64,000 bases of DNA, taken from contig JACPOV010000008.1 in the NCBI GenBank assembly GCA_016191325.1, positions 509,270-573,269 of the forward strand, given 5' to 3'. Numbering within the stretch: the first letter of the stretch is position 1; each line of letters begins with the position of its first letter. The notes under the pieces are model-generated. The model worked only from the letters and a program-made list of their open reading frames with translations, made no database searches and was not told where the DNA came from. The position numbers and the translations under genes are program-made. Shown in pieces: positions 7,061 through 16,351 of the stretch. This stretch comes from Candidatus Babelota bacterium. Its GTDB lineage: Bacteria > Babelota > Babeliae > Babelales > JACPOV01.

Positions 7061-9259
7061 CTATTCAGGCCCCCCGCCTTGCCCTATTGCAGCTTCCAAT
7101 TCTTGTTTTTGATATGCAAGTGATTTGTCCATCGCGCGTATAATTTGAGCGTACTCTGCAATAGTAGAAACCATCTCGCCAGAAACAAGCGATGCTACTT
7201 TGTCTGCAAACGTTGTAGCAATTTCATCCATTCCTGTTCCTTTAAGCGCTTTCAAGTCATTTTGAAGAACATTTACTCCCTGCAGCGCTGCATCCAAGTA
7301 AGCGACGCGTTGATCATGCGCCGTAATAATTGTCGGAACATATTCAGCAAATGTTAATTCTTGGTTAGTTTCTAAAGCATCCCATCCCGTAACTAAATAA
7401 TCTATGTTTACCAGCGTCCCTTTAAGCTGTTTAGTGATATCGCTGTATATCGCTACTAAATCATTTGTCGCTTTAACTAATTGATTTTGTGCATCAGCCA
7501 CTGCTTTTTGCTTAGTTGCATCAACTAGAGCAGCTGATAGTCTTTTTTTAATTTCATCTGCAGATGGATTTCCCGCAATTTCTTGTCTGGTAAATCCAAG
7601 AACTGTTAAATAATTTGTTTGAGATTGATCATAATTCTCATTAGCAGCTTGAAGAGTTGGTTGTTTAGCCTTAAAGAGATTTCGCACCGACTCACTAATG
7701 CTCTTAAAGAAATCGGTCACTGGCGTAAATAATTGCGCGAATCGTGATTTTGCAGGTATAGCGGATAGTTTTGCTTTCTCGATATCGATGAGCGTTTGAG
7801 CTTTTGCGATTTTATCTAGATCATCAGTCGTACGAAGATTAGTTAGAGATTCTCCAAAGCCACGCACAAGGTCGGCCAACTGAAAACCATATTCAGCAAG
7901 GGCGGCTGACCAATCCTTACCCGTTTTTAATCCAGTTGTTAATAGTGGCTTTTTCTTAATCAACAACTCTTTTATTTTAGTAACCTTTTGACCAATATCT
8001 CGCGCACTTTGAACGGGAACTAAACGAACAACCGTTTCAGCTGCACTTAAAAGACCGTCCACTTTACCTAAGTTGTTCACCATGAGGTCGAGTCCACCGC
8101 CGCCAGCTTTCATAACTTTTGCAATATCTTCGATAGTATTTGCATATTCAACAAGATTGCTTCCACTTTTTTTTGCTAATACACGAATTGACGGAACCCC
8201 ATCTATCGCTTTCTGGGCAACTGCCGCAACAATAGCATTTCCTTTTTCAGTCAAATCTTGGACTGCCGCACGAACTGCGGGAATTTGCGCAATATCCTCA
8301 GTTATTTCCGAAATTTCACCAAATACCTCTATCTCAGGCAATTTAGCTGAGGCCTTAAGAGCCAAATCAATCGCGAAGAGTGACTCCATGGTTCCTTGTT
8401 TTAACTTATAGCGATCGACAGCGGTTTTCACTTCTTGCATGCTTTGTATGACGCGATTTAGTTCTTTTTGATTTCCTAATTGGTACGTCTGCTCGAAAGC
8501 GATTATGAGATCGACCGTTTTATTATCCAGAGCTGCGATTTGATCCATCGGAATTTTTTGATCAAGTTTTAATTCTCGCTCCAACGCATTTGTCGCCAAA
8601 TTTTGCGGCTTAAATGCATCAATCTCTTTAATGCGCCGTTGGGCTTTATCTATTACTTCGTTGTCGTTATAGGTTCGCGCCATTTCTATAAGCGCATTAA
8701 GCAACACTTTTTGTTCAGTATACGATGGGCGAGCAGCAATAGAATCAATCTTGCTCTCTATAATGCTTTTGACAGCATCAGGCGATTGGTTACGAATATC
8801 ATTTTGAATCTCTGATCGAAAAGAGTTTGCCAACTGGTCTTTTTTATAATCGGGCGATTCGCGCAAGCTCTTGAGCTGCTGAGTTAGGGCAGCTATTTCT
8901 TGCTCAGCAGAAACGATATCTGATTGAATACTTTTTTGATTATTAATCGCATCAGTTATTTCACCTTCACGCTGCCCCATTCTATTAGAAATCGATGCAT
9001 ACTGCTTAGAATCTAGGCCATATTTTGTTGCGGCTTGTTCTAAGCGTACCTCAGCATCACGTTGCTCTTGCCGGAGATCATCTTCTCTTTTGCGTTCATC
9101 AGCGAGCCTTTTTTCATCCGTTCGACGTTTTTCTTCTTGCGATTTCAATTCGTCTTGAATTTGAGATTCATTTTTGAATCCGCGGTCAGTATTCCGTTCC
9201 ATGCCGATGAGCAAAATAAGTGCGGAAGCACACACGGTTATTGCAATTCCCTTTTTCAT
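7061..9259 (-). CDS. large exported coiled-coil protein, unknown function
   Basis: About 732 aa from the ATG at 9259 (MKKGIAITVCASALILLIG). Charged heptad-like region EEKRRTDEKRLADERKREDDLRQEQRDAE. No family recognised. Confidence 0.7.
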   Translation of the reverse strand: MKKGIAITVCASALILLIGMERNTDRGFKNESQIQDELKSQEEKRRTDEKRLADERKREDDLRQEQRDAEVRLEQAATKYGLDSKQYASISNRMGQREGEITDAINNQKSIQSDIVSAEQEIAALTQQLKSLRESPDYKKDQLANSFRSEIQNDIRNQSPDAVKSIIESKIDSIAARPSYTEQKVLLNALIEMARTYNDNEVIDKAQRRIKEIDAFKPQNLATNALERELKLDQKIPMDQIAALDNKTVDLIIAFEQTYQLGNQKELNRVIQSMQEVKTAVDRYKLKQGTMESLFAIDLALKASAKLPEIEVFGEISEITEDIAQIPAVRAAVQDLTEKGNAIVAAVAQKAIDGVPSIRVLAKKSGSNLVEYANTIEDIAKVMKAGGGGLDLMVNNLGKVDGLLSAAETVVRLVPVQSARDIGQKVTKIKELLIKKKPLLTTGLKTGKDWSAALAEYGFQLADLVRGFGESLTNLRTTDDLDKIAKAQTLIDIEKAKLSAIPAKSRFAQLFTPVTDFFKSISESVRNLFKAKQPTLQAANENYDQSQTNYLTVLGFTRQEIAGNPSADEIKKRLSAALVDATKQKAVADAQNQLVKATNDLVAIYSDITKQLKGTLVNIDYLVTGWDALETNQELTFAEYVPTIITAHDQRVAYLDAALQGVNVLQNDLKALKGTGMDEIATTFADKVASLVSGEMVSTIAEYAQIIRAMDKSLAYQKQELEAAIGQGGGPE

Positions 9260-9428
9260 ACCCACCCTTTTTCAAAATTTTTACTCTCAAAGCAGATTAC
9301 AGAACTAAAGTAATTAATTCAGATAGAAAAAAGCAATAATTTGCCTCGTGTAGAGATCGGCCACTATTTGAATAAACTCGATTTTTAACGCACAATAAAG
9401 AAAACTATTAATTTGTAGAAAGAATCAA

Positions 9429-10541
9429 ATGAGTATCAAAGCGGGCCTTGTTGGGCTTCCTAACGTTGGCAAATCCACCCTATTTAATGCGTTAACAAAA
9501 TCATCAGTGCCTGCAGAAAATTATCCGTTTTGCACCATTGAACCGCACTTAGCGATTACGGAAGTACCCGATGATCGCACCGGAAAACTGAAAGCGCTCT
9601 ATCAAAGCCAAAGTATTATCCCTGCAACGGTGAGCTTTGTTGATATTGCAGGCCTTGTTAAAGGCGCAGCATCAGGAGAAGGGCTCGGCAATCAATTTTT
9701 AAGCCACATTCGAGAAGTCGATCTCATTTTGCACGTACTTCGCTGCTTTACCGATCCTGATATCATTTATTCAGGCGCGGAGCTTAATCCTCTTGAAGAT
9801 TACGAAATCATCATGACGGAACTTATGCTCAAAGATGCTGAAACAGTTCAAAAACGTGAAGAAAAAGTTTTGCACCTTACAAAAGGTGCAAAAAATAAAC
9901 CGGCAGAACTAAAAGAACTGAACCTCGAGCAAGAAACACTCACAAAAATAAAAACCGCTCTTGATGCATTGAATATTGAAGGCGTCCGAAATGCTTTAAA
10001 AGAGCATCCACTTAACACTATTTCTCTTTTAAGCGCTAAAAACTTTCTTATTATCGCTAACGTTTCTGAAGGCGAGCTTGAAGATGATGGGTATAAAAAT
10101 AACGTTCACTATAAATCGCTTGTCGCAAGCTTTGGGCAAAACCGCGTCATTCCTATTTGCGCTAAATTAGAATCTGAATTGATTAGCTTGAGCGATACGG
10201 AAGCACAAGAGATGATGGGCATGCTCGGCGTCAAAGAACGGGGCCTTGCGACTATTATTCAAAAAACGTATGAACACCTTGGCCTTATAACTTTCTTCAC
10301 CTGTGGCCCAAAAGAGATTCATTCCTGGCCAGTAAAAAAAGGGCTGACCGTTCGGCAAGCATCTGGCGAAATTCACTCAGATCTTGAACGCGGCTTTATT
10401 TGCGCTGAAGTTTTTAATTGCGCCGATCTTTTTGCAGCCGGTAGCATTGCCAAGCTTAAAGAGCAAGGCAAAATGAGAACCGAAGGCCAAGATTATCTGG
10501 TTCGTGATGGCGACATTGTTTTAGTTAAATTCAACGTTTAA
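9429..10541 (+). CDS. ychF: ribosome-binding ATPase YchF
   Basis: GLVGLPNVGKSTLFNALT G1 motif. A C-terminal TGS-like domain ending in DGDIVLVKFNV. Confidence 0.95.
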   Translation: MSIKAGLVGLPNVGKSTLFNALTKSSVPAENYPFCTIEPHLAITEVPDDRTGKLKALYQSQSIIPATVSFVDIAGLVKGAASGEGLGNQFLSHIREVDLILHVLRCFTDPDIIYSGAELNPLEDYEIIMTELMLKDAETVQKREEKVLHLTKGAKNKPAELKELNLEQETLTKIKTALDALNIEGVRNALKEHPLNTISLLSAKNFLIIANVSEGELEDDGYKNNVHYKSLVASFGQNRVIPICAKLESELISLSDTEAQEMMGMLGVKERGLATIIQKTYEHLGLITFFTCGPKEIHSWPVKKGLTVRQASGEIHSDLERGFICAEVFNCADLFAAGSIAKLKEQGKMRTEGQDYLVRDGDIVLVKFNV

Positions 10542-10999
10542 TTGCGCCACCAAACTAATACATTAATAAACATTGCAAAAAGCACCCATGTGCCATACGG
10601 AACAAGCACAAGGGCGGCTGCAGGATTTATTGGCCAAAGCATATACATCAGCGCCCAAATCGAAATTTCAAGCGCGATCGTATTGATAATAGACCAACCA
10701 ATTAAATGCCGGCAGAAAAATAAATAACTCCACTGCACATTAATAAATGCGTTGATCACATATAATGCAGCAATCGTCGTTGTTTGGCACCAAGACTGTT
10801 GGCTATGCCACCATAAAATCGCAGATACTATCATTAAAATATAAAGAATCGCCCATGCAAGAGAAAAAAACCAGGCCGGCGGCGTAAAATTTGGTACCGA
10901 AAGTGTTCGGTACCAAGCCATTCCTTTTTGAGAGAACCATGTTCCCGCAATCATTACGCCAATATAAAAAGCGGGAATAATAATATATGAAATCTCCAC
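10538..10999 (-). CDS. tspO: TspO/MBR tryptophan-rich sensory protein
   Basis: 153 aa with 5 TM segments. Trp-rich motifs PPAWFFSLAWAILYILM and NVQWSYLFF. GTG start with an AGGGGA RBS. Confidence 0.8.
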   Translation of the reverse strand: MEISYIIIPAFYIGVMIAGTWFSQKGMAWYRTLSVPNFTPPAWFFSLAWAILYILMIVSAILWWHSQQSWCQTTTIAALYVINAFINVQWSYLFFCRHLIGWSIINTIALEISIWALMYMLWPINPAAALVLVPYGTWVLFAMFINVLVWWRN

Positions 11000-11012
11000 G
11001 TTGTTCCCCTTT

Positions 11013-13775
11013 TTATTTTTTTACTAACTGAGAAAATCGTCTTCTAATATCCTGCGCGTACATATTGATTTTATCTTCAATAGCCCTGATGTCGTCTTTG
11101 TTTACGTGTTCACGTTCGAGCTCTTTGGTTGTAGCAGTTCTCCATTCAATAACAAATTTGTCAAAAGCATCCTGAACTGTTTTATTATCCTGCTCGGTAA
11201 AATCGCTAAACTTAAATTGCTTTAATTTATTGATTACATCGCCACTATACAATGTAAATTGCTGATAAATAACAGGATAAAGTTCGAGATTATTTTTTCG
11301 CTCAAGCCCTATAATTTCCTCTTTTTTATCTTTGATTGCTTGTAAATGGGTAACAATAGCCGCGTAAAAAGCGTGCGCAAACATGCGATACATTTTTTCT
11401 TCAAGCATCGTAAATTGTTCTACGATATCCTGACGCTTCACTTCTTGCGCTACGTTTTTTCCCGCATTAAAAAAGTTCTCATCAAAATAAGCAAGAAGGC
11501 TATGCAGGCGCCCTGCTTTAAATAATGAGAGAACCTCTGAAAGTTTGTCTTTGTATTGCTCAGATCCGATTAGTTTTGCAAGGTCTGGCTCCGAAACAAT
11601 TCCACGATCATTTAATTCGTTAAGAACCTCAAGCAACTCCGTTCGAATTTTCGCTTTTTCTTCTACCGTCTTTGCTTTTTCTATTTTATCGGAAAAGATA
11701 TTAAAGAGTTGTGCAAGAAAACCATACGGCTCAATGATCGCGAGAGTTCCAAGTATTCTATTACGATTCTCAGGACTTGCATGGATAATGAGAGGAAGAA
11801 GTTTTTCCTGAACCTCTTTTCTTGTGCGCGCAGGATTAATAAGCACATCTCTCACGCTTTCAAGCAACTCTTTTTGTGCTGCATATTTTTTATCGTTAGC
11901 TAACGTTGTAAGTTCTTGGTAAAGTGCTGCGACTGCGTTTCTTTTCTCGATTGATGTGAGCTCAACCGGATTTTGTATAGCGCGAAGATACCGATCCATT
12001 ATTCCACTTAAATCAAATGTTGCTTGAGATTGAGCTCGTAATGAATCTATTTTTTTTCTATCTTCTGTGCTTAAAATAAATTTCTCGAGCTCTTGAGCAA
12101 AAGCTTTCTCTTGATTCTCCGTTAGCCGATCTTTTACGGAACCCGCTAACATCTGCACCGTTTTATTTTCTTGCAACGCTTTCATCTGCGCATCGTACGT
12201 AATATAATAACTGATCTTTTTTGTGCCCTCTTGCAGCTGAAGTAAAATCGCATCGTTCCCCGGGCTTGGGGCTTTCAATACTAAACGCAAAGCATCAAGA
12301 ATTGCGCTCAATGTTGAAGCCTTATTAATTGCGCGCGAAAGATACATAGCAAAACTAATTTCTGGAATATCTTTGTTCTTTTTTTCTTTATCTTGCTGCT
12401 TTGCTCCTTGCAGAAATTTATCAAGATAAGATTGATACGTACTGCTAAATCTAGGAACGTAAAAAAGATAACGACTAAGATCTACTTTTTGCATTACCTC
12501 TTGCGCAGTTTTTGCATCTTTTAATAATTGTAATAATGAAGCATTACCATAACCAACAGCGCCTCCTTCACGCGATTTACCTTTTTCTCGAATTTCACGC
12601 TCAAGCGCTTGCCGAATATCTATCGCTTCTTCTCGCACGCTTTCTTTTACGCCTGCTTTATGCTGCGATCTATAAAGATCCTCTTCAAGTGTTTCGACCT
12701 TTAGATAATTTTGATTCAAACGAAGAAGATTGAGTTCATTTAATAATTCATCATACGTTTGGGTACGAGAGATTGCTTCAAGAAATTGTTTATCTGAGAA
12801 TGCTGCAGTTCTTGAATCCTGATCAATTTCTAAAATTTTAATCTGTGGTAAATCTTTGCGCATCGCCGCTGCACTATTTATCAGCAATTGAGTGACGAAA
12901 TTTTTTGCAGACGCATCGAATTGTTCTGCAGAACCTAAAATCCACGGTTTAAACGCATCAATAAGCTGTTGCCCTTGATTCGCGTTTCCAATAAGCATAC
13001 TTGCTGTTTTAAATCTTTCTTCTGCAGATTTGTCTTCGCCTCCTGAAAGTTTTGCAAGCAACGAAACAATAGCTTCCGCTAATTTTTTAGGATCGTTACC
13101 CTGCACAAATTTAAACGCACTATTTTTTTTGGATCCCAAAGCGGATAATTCATTTTTAATACTCGTGAGGTACCCTTGAAAAGTGCCACGATAAACTTGA
13201 GCCATCTTTTTCAAAAACGCAAGAAGCTCTTCATCGGAAGTTTCTTTTTCGTCGGCTGAAAGTTTTGTGATTTGATCGATCGTAAGCCCGAGCTCTTTTT
13301 TTTGAGGCTCGCCTGAAGGCATGCCTTCGCCTGGTGGCGGAGGAATATCTCCGTCGTCATCTTGCCCGGGTGGAGGCGGAATATCATCTTCACCCTCTTG
13401 CGTTGGAGGTGGCGGCACATCTTCTTGCCCCGGCGCAGCATATTCTGGCGTGCGGAGTAAATCTTCAATAATTTTGAGAATCTCTTGCTCAGTTAAAGCT
13501 GATAATGTTTTTACTATCGCCTCGCTGCCTAATAGTTTTTCCAGAAGTTTTATTTGTTCGGCCGATAAATTCGGAAATTTTTTCTCAAAATCAAAACCGG
13601 TTGCTTGTCCTTTTGGCGAAACAACGATAGCAAACTCATCAATTTTAAGTTTGAGCCGTTCTAGAGATTTTACTAAAACTACATTATTCGCTTGAACAAA
13701 ATCTGAATATGCCGCAATAAGAAGCAATAAAGAAAAAGTTTGCCTATTAATTATTCGGTACATTTTTCTCCTCAT
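11013..13775 (-). CDS. large secreted protein with acidic polyproline repeats
   Basis: 920 aa. Signal-like YRIINRQTFSLLLLIAAYSDFVQA. Three D(V/I)PPPP repeats at aa 118-150. The remainder is helical with no recognised domain. Confidence 0.75.
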   Translation of the reverse strand: MRRKMYRIINRQTFSLLLLIAAYSDFVQANNVVLVKSLERLKLKIDEFAIVVSPKGQATGFDFEKKFPNLSAEQIKLLEKLLGSEAIVKTLSALTEQEILKIIEDLLRTPEYAAPGQEDVPPPPTQEGEDDIPPPPGQDDDGDIPPPPGEGMPSGEPQKKELGLTIDQITKLSADEKETSDEELLAFLKKMAQVYRGTFQGYLTSIKNELSALGSKKNSAFKFVQGNDPKKLAEAIVSLLAKLSGGEDKSAEERFKTASMLIGNANQGQQLIDAFKPWILGSAEQFDASAKNFVTQLLINSAAAMRKDLPQIKILEIDQDSRTAAFSDKQFLEAISRTQTYDELLNELNLLRLNQNYLKVETLEEDLYRSQHKAGVKESVREEAIDIRQALEREIREKGKSREGGAVGYGNASLLQLLKDAKTAQEVMQKVDLSRYLFYVPRFSSTYQSYLDKFLQGAKQQDKEKKNKDIPEISFAMYLSRAINKASTLSAILDALRLVLKAPSPGNDAILLQLQEGTKKISYYITYDAQMKALQENKTVQMLAGSVKDRLTENQEKAFAQELEKFILSTEDRKKIDSLRAQSQATFDLSGIMDRYLRAIQNPVELTSIEKRNAVAALYQELTTLANDKKYAAQKELLESVRDVLINPARTRKEVQEKLLPLIIHASPENRNRILGTLAIIEPYGFLAQLFNIFSDKIEKAKTVEEKAKIRTELLEVLNELNDRGIVSEPDLAKLIGSEQYKDKLSEVLSLFKAGRLHSLLAYFDENFFNAGKNVAQEVKRQDIVEQFTMLEEKMYRMFAHAFYAAIVTHLQAIKDKKEEIIGLERKNNLELYPVIYQQFTLYSGDVINKLKQFKFSDFTEQDNKTVQDAFDKFVIEWRTATTKELEREHVNKDDIRAIEDKINMYAQDIRRRFSQLVKK

Positions 13776-13792
13776 TTTTTAACCGGTTGAAT

Positions 13793-14179
13793 TTATTTTT
13801 GGGCCACATCAGGCATTATTTGATGAGTCAAATGAAAAAGTGATGCTTGCAATTGATCGGCAGGAGCCGCTGGAGGGCAATCAACATGGCTTTGTGCATG
13901 GCTTATAAGATCCTCAATCAATTTTTCAAGCGCTTTTTCTGAAAGTCCCAAAAGTAAGTTTACAATCGTGCTATTGCTTAAAAGTTTCTCTAAAATGATG
14001 ACAATTAATGATGCCGGGACAGGAAGAATGCGAACGCATTCGCGATCCGATCTATTTGTAGAGTTCAGCTCAGATCGTTCTCTTTCCTCGTTGCCGACTA
14101 AAATCTGCGCGTTTACTTTGTTTGAAGCAAATAGCACCGAGACGACCGTTAACGCCAAATACAATCTCATTTTTTTCAT
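13793..14179 (-). CDS. small secreted protein sharing an N-terminal module with 11013..13775
   Basis: 128 aa. Signal MKKMRLYLALTVVSVLFASNKVNA. ILEKLLSNSTIVNLLLGLSEKALEKLIEDLISH aligns with LLEKLLGSEAIVKTLSALTEQEILKIIEDLLRT in the neighbouring gene. Confidence 0.6.
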   Translation of the reverse strand: MKKMRLYLALTVVSVLFASNKVNAQILVGNEERERSELNSTNRSDRECVRILPVPASLIVIILEKLLSNSTIVNLLLGLSEKALEKLIEDLISHAQSHVDCPPAAPADQLQASLFHLTHQIMPDVAQK

Positions 14180-14384
14180 AGAATTCTCCTTTTTAATTAG
14201 TTAAGTTCTATACCAATGCCACCCATCAAAACAATAAATTTAGTAATGCGGCTACATAAAACACGCGATTAAAATTATCAATTTGAATTTTTCGGGTGTG
14301 CTTACGTCTAATCAGTGCACTTATTTACTTTTTTTGGTAGAGTAAGTATGTTGCACAATTGATATGTGGGCCTCAAGGAGTACA

Positions 14385-14858
14385 ATGAAAAGGGCTAAAG
14401 GTTTTTTTTCGATATCGGCAGTAGCCAAAATGTTTTCTGTACATCAGCAAACAATACGTTTGTATGAAAAAGAAGGGCTCATTTGCCCTAAGCGTTCAAA
14501 CGGCAATACGCGCCTCTTTTCAGAAGAAGATGTCGATAAACTCGAGCAAGTTATTTACTTAACGCACGAGTTGGGGATAAATCTTGCCGGCGTCGAAATG
14601 GTACTCAAGCTGCAAAAACAAATAAAGAAGTTACAAAAAGAAATTAATAAAGCATTTGCCGCTACCCAAACCGATCTCACAGCACAATCCGAAGAGTTTA
14701 AACAGCAAGCAAAACAACGCACACAGCGGTTACTGGAATTGAAGAAAAACAAGATGCACCCCGCAGCCCCAGATCCGTCATTTGCCCCAGGAAGCCCAAT
14801 CTCAAAAGAGATTAAACCATTGGATCTTCCGGAGTGGGAAATCTCGTACGAAGATTAG
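14385..14858 (+). CDS. hspR: MerR-family heat-shock regulator (HspR-like)
   Basis: HTH FSISAVAKMFSVHQQTIRLYEKEGLICPKRSNGNTRLFSEEDV...GINLAGVEMVLKL, followed by a coiled coil. Start moved to the ATG at 14385, preceded by AAGGAG. Confidence 0.8.
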   Translation: MKRAKGFFSISAVAKMFSVHQQTIRLYEKEGLICPKRSNGNTRLFSEEDVDKLEQVIYLTHELGINLAGVEMVLKLQKQIKKLQKEINKAFAATQTDLTAQSEEFKQQAKQRTQRLLELKKNKMHPAAPDPSFAPGSPISKEIKPLDLPEWEISYED

Positions 14859-15055
14859 ATTTTCTTCCTATTACTAAAAAAATATAAAACTTGCCCGCGA
14901 AATGGATCACTTTTACGGTAACTTGCTGAATGCCAACCGCTTGAAAACCCCTGCTCCAACACGAAACGATATTCCATCTAAAAAACTATTCCCATATGGG
15001 CTAAAAACGGGTACAGTTAAAGCATCGGAATGCCCTTTAACCTGAAAGGCTTCAC

Positions 15056-15511
15056 ATGGCTCAAAATTCTTTTTTTGATAACGAAAATACACAGTTTGAG
15101 CTCTCATACGAATTTCTAGCTTTGCTTAAGTGGCTCGTAGAAAATGAATCTGAGAATTTAAAAAAAATAGTCGCACGAGCTGTGCGTAATAACTTTATGC
15201 GCAATGTTGGAACCACAAAAAACGTAAATGCGGAATTTGTGCAATCGAGCATTGTGGATTTTCTTGAACTTATCGACACCCTTCTTCTAGAAGTTTCGCA
15301 TGAATCGAGAATTAAAAAAGCGGTAGAATATAATTTAATGCCTGCGATCGATCAAATAGATACCACTTCTTGCGATAAATCAACGTTACAAACTACGCTT
15401 GATAAAGCAACTGCTGCGCTTGAAGCATTTCCTGAAAAAAATCCTAAAGATATTCTCTGCGCAGAACTTTTAAAGCGCTGGAAGCCGTTAAAAAATAGCC
15501 AATTAAATTAA
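15056..15511 (+). CDS. hypothetical cytoplasmic protein
   Basis: 151-aa ORF with no signal peptide and no recognised family. A strong terminator follows. Confidence 0.55.
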   Translation: MAQNSFFDNENTQFELSYEFLALLKWLVENESENLKKIVARAVRNNFMRNVGTTKNVNAEFVQSSIVDFLELIDTLLLEVSHESRIKKAVEYNLMPAIDQIDTTSCDKSTLQTTLDKATAALEAFPEKNPKDILCAELLKRWKPLKNSQLN

Positions 15512-15513
15512 TA

Positions 15514-15558
15514 CTAAAAAAAATATGAGCTTGGAGTCGCAAGCTCATATTTTTTTTT
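15514..15558. terminator. bidirectional rho-independent terminator
   Basis: Perfect 11-bp stem ATATGAGCTTG-gagtcg-CAAGCTCATAT, flanked by an A-run and a T-run, between convergent genes. Confidence 0.75.
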
Positions 15559-15562
15559 AATA

Positions 15563-16219
15563 TTAATTAGAATTTAGTGGGAAATAATTGGTATAACATT
15601 TATAACATGCATACAACAATCCAAGACCGCAAGCCAATTGCGTACCCAAATATAATTGATGTTTTCTGGTAGATCTTTCGGTAGTACCACCGTCTTCTTT
15701 ATAGATAAGTTCCTTCTTTAAATATGGAGGAAACAGCCACATAGAAAAAAATATCCCATCTTCTTTTACACTTTTAATATTATTTAACAAAGATGATGGT
15801 TGTATTAAAGAATGATGATACTTTGTAGCTTTTTTAATATCTATAGGACCACGGTAGGAATCTGCAACATAACCCGAACCACCATCATAAGTTGTACAAA
15901 CCAAATAGTCGCCATTTTTATCTTTATAGAATAATCGACGGCCAAATAATTGATCTTCTCTTATCTCAGCAGACGTTATTTCTAGCTTAGGCGACTGGGT
16001 ATCAATCATACTATCGAATTTTTTTTGCTGATCCGCATTCCAAATTTTATAATTAAACCTCTTAAGATATGTTCCTTCTTTATCATGAAAGCTTACGCTG
16101 GTCCCTGAATTAAGATAATAGGCAGCGCCTTTAATGGCAGCATTGTTATTATTCTCCATAGAATAAATAGCACCTTGATGAAGTAATAAAAGAATAAAAG
16201 ATAAAAGTAATTTCTTCAT
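15563..16219 (-). CDS. hypothetical exported protein with C-terminal anchor
   Basis: 218 aa. Signal MKKLLLSFILLLLHQGAIYS. C-terminal LGTQLACGLGLLYACYKCY. Confidence 0.6.
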   Translation of the reverse strand: MKKLLLSFILLLLHQGAIYSMENNNNAAIKGAAYYLNSGTSVSFHDKEGTYLKRFNYKIWNADQQKKFDSMIDTQSPKLEITSAEIREDQLFGRRLFYKDKNGDYLVCTTYDGGSGYVADSYRGPIDIKKATKYHHSLIQPSSLLNNIKSVKEDGIFFSMWLFPPYLKKELIYKEDGGTTERSTRKHQLYLGTQLACGLGLLYACYKCYTNYFPLNSN

Positions 16220-16351
16220 TTATTGAACCCAGCAGCTTTGAAAAAACAAAATAATACAAATATAAATTATCAAATGGATGCGATTTTGTCAAATAAGCTT
16301 ATAGGGAATAAAGCTACAGCAGCTCGGTTTTATATAAAAAAAGCCTTAATA

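Noticed and set aside
13321-13695. 124-aa + strand ORF rich in Gly, Ser, Pro and Cys (MPSPGGGGISPSSSCPGGGG...)
   Set aside because: It is the antisense shadow of the polyproline/acidic repeat of the 920-aa minus-strand gene. GGN and GGA codons are the complement of CCN. It has no RBS and lies wholly inside a better-supported gene.
14180-14384. Canonical HspR operator (HAIR, CTTGAGT-N7-ACTCAAG) or CIRCE (TTAGCACTC-N9-GAGTGCTAA) upstream of hspR, and likewise upstream of grpE at 49871-50065
   Set aside because: I found neither consensus when reading these promoter regions. Only the weaker shared motif reported in the findings is present.
14913-15107. 64-aa minus-strand ORF between hspR and 15056-15511
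   Set aside because: It overlaps the start of the + strand gene and has no RBS and no signal or family features.
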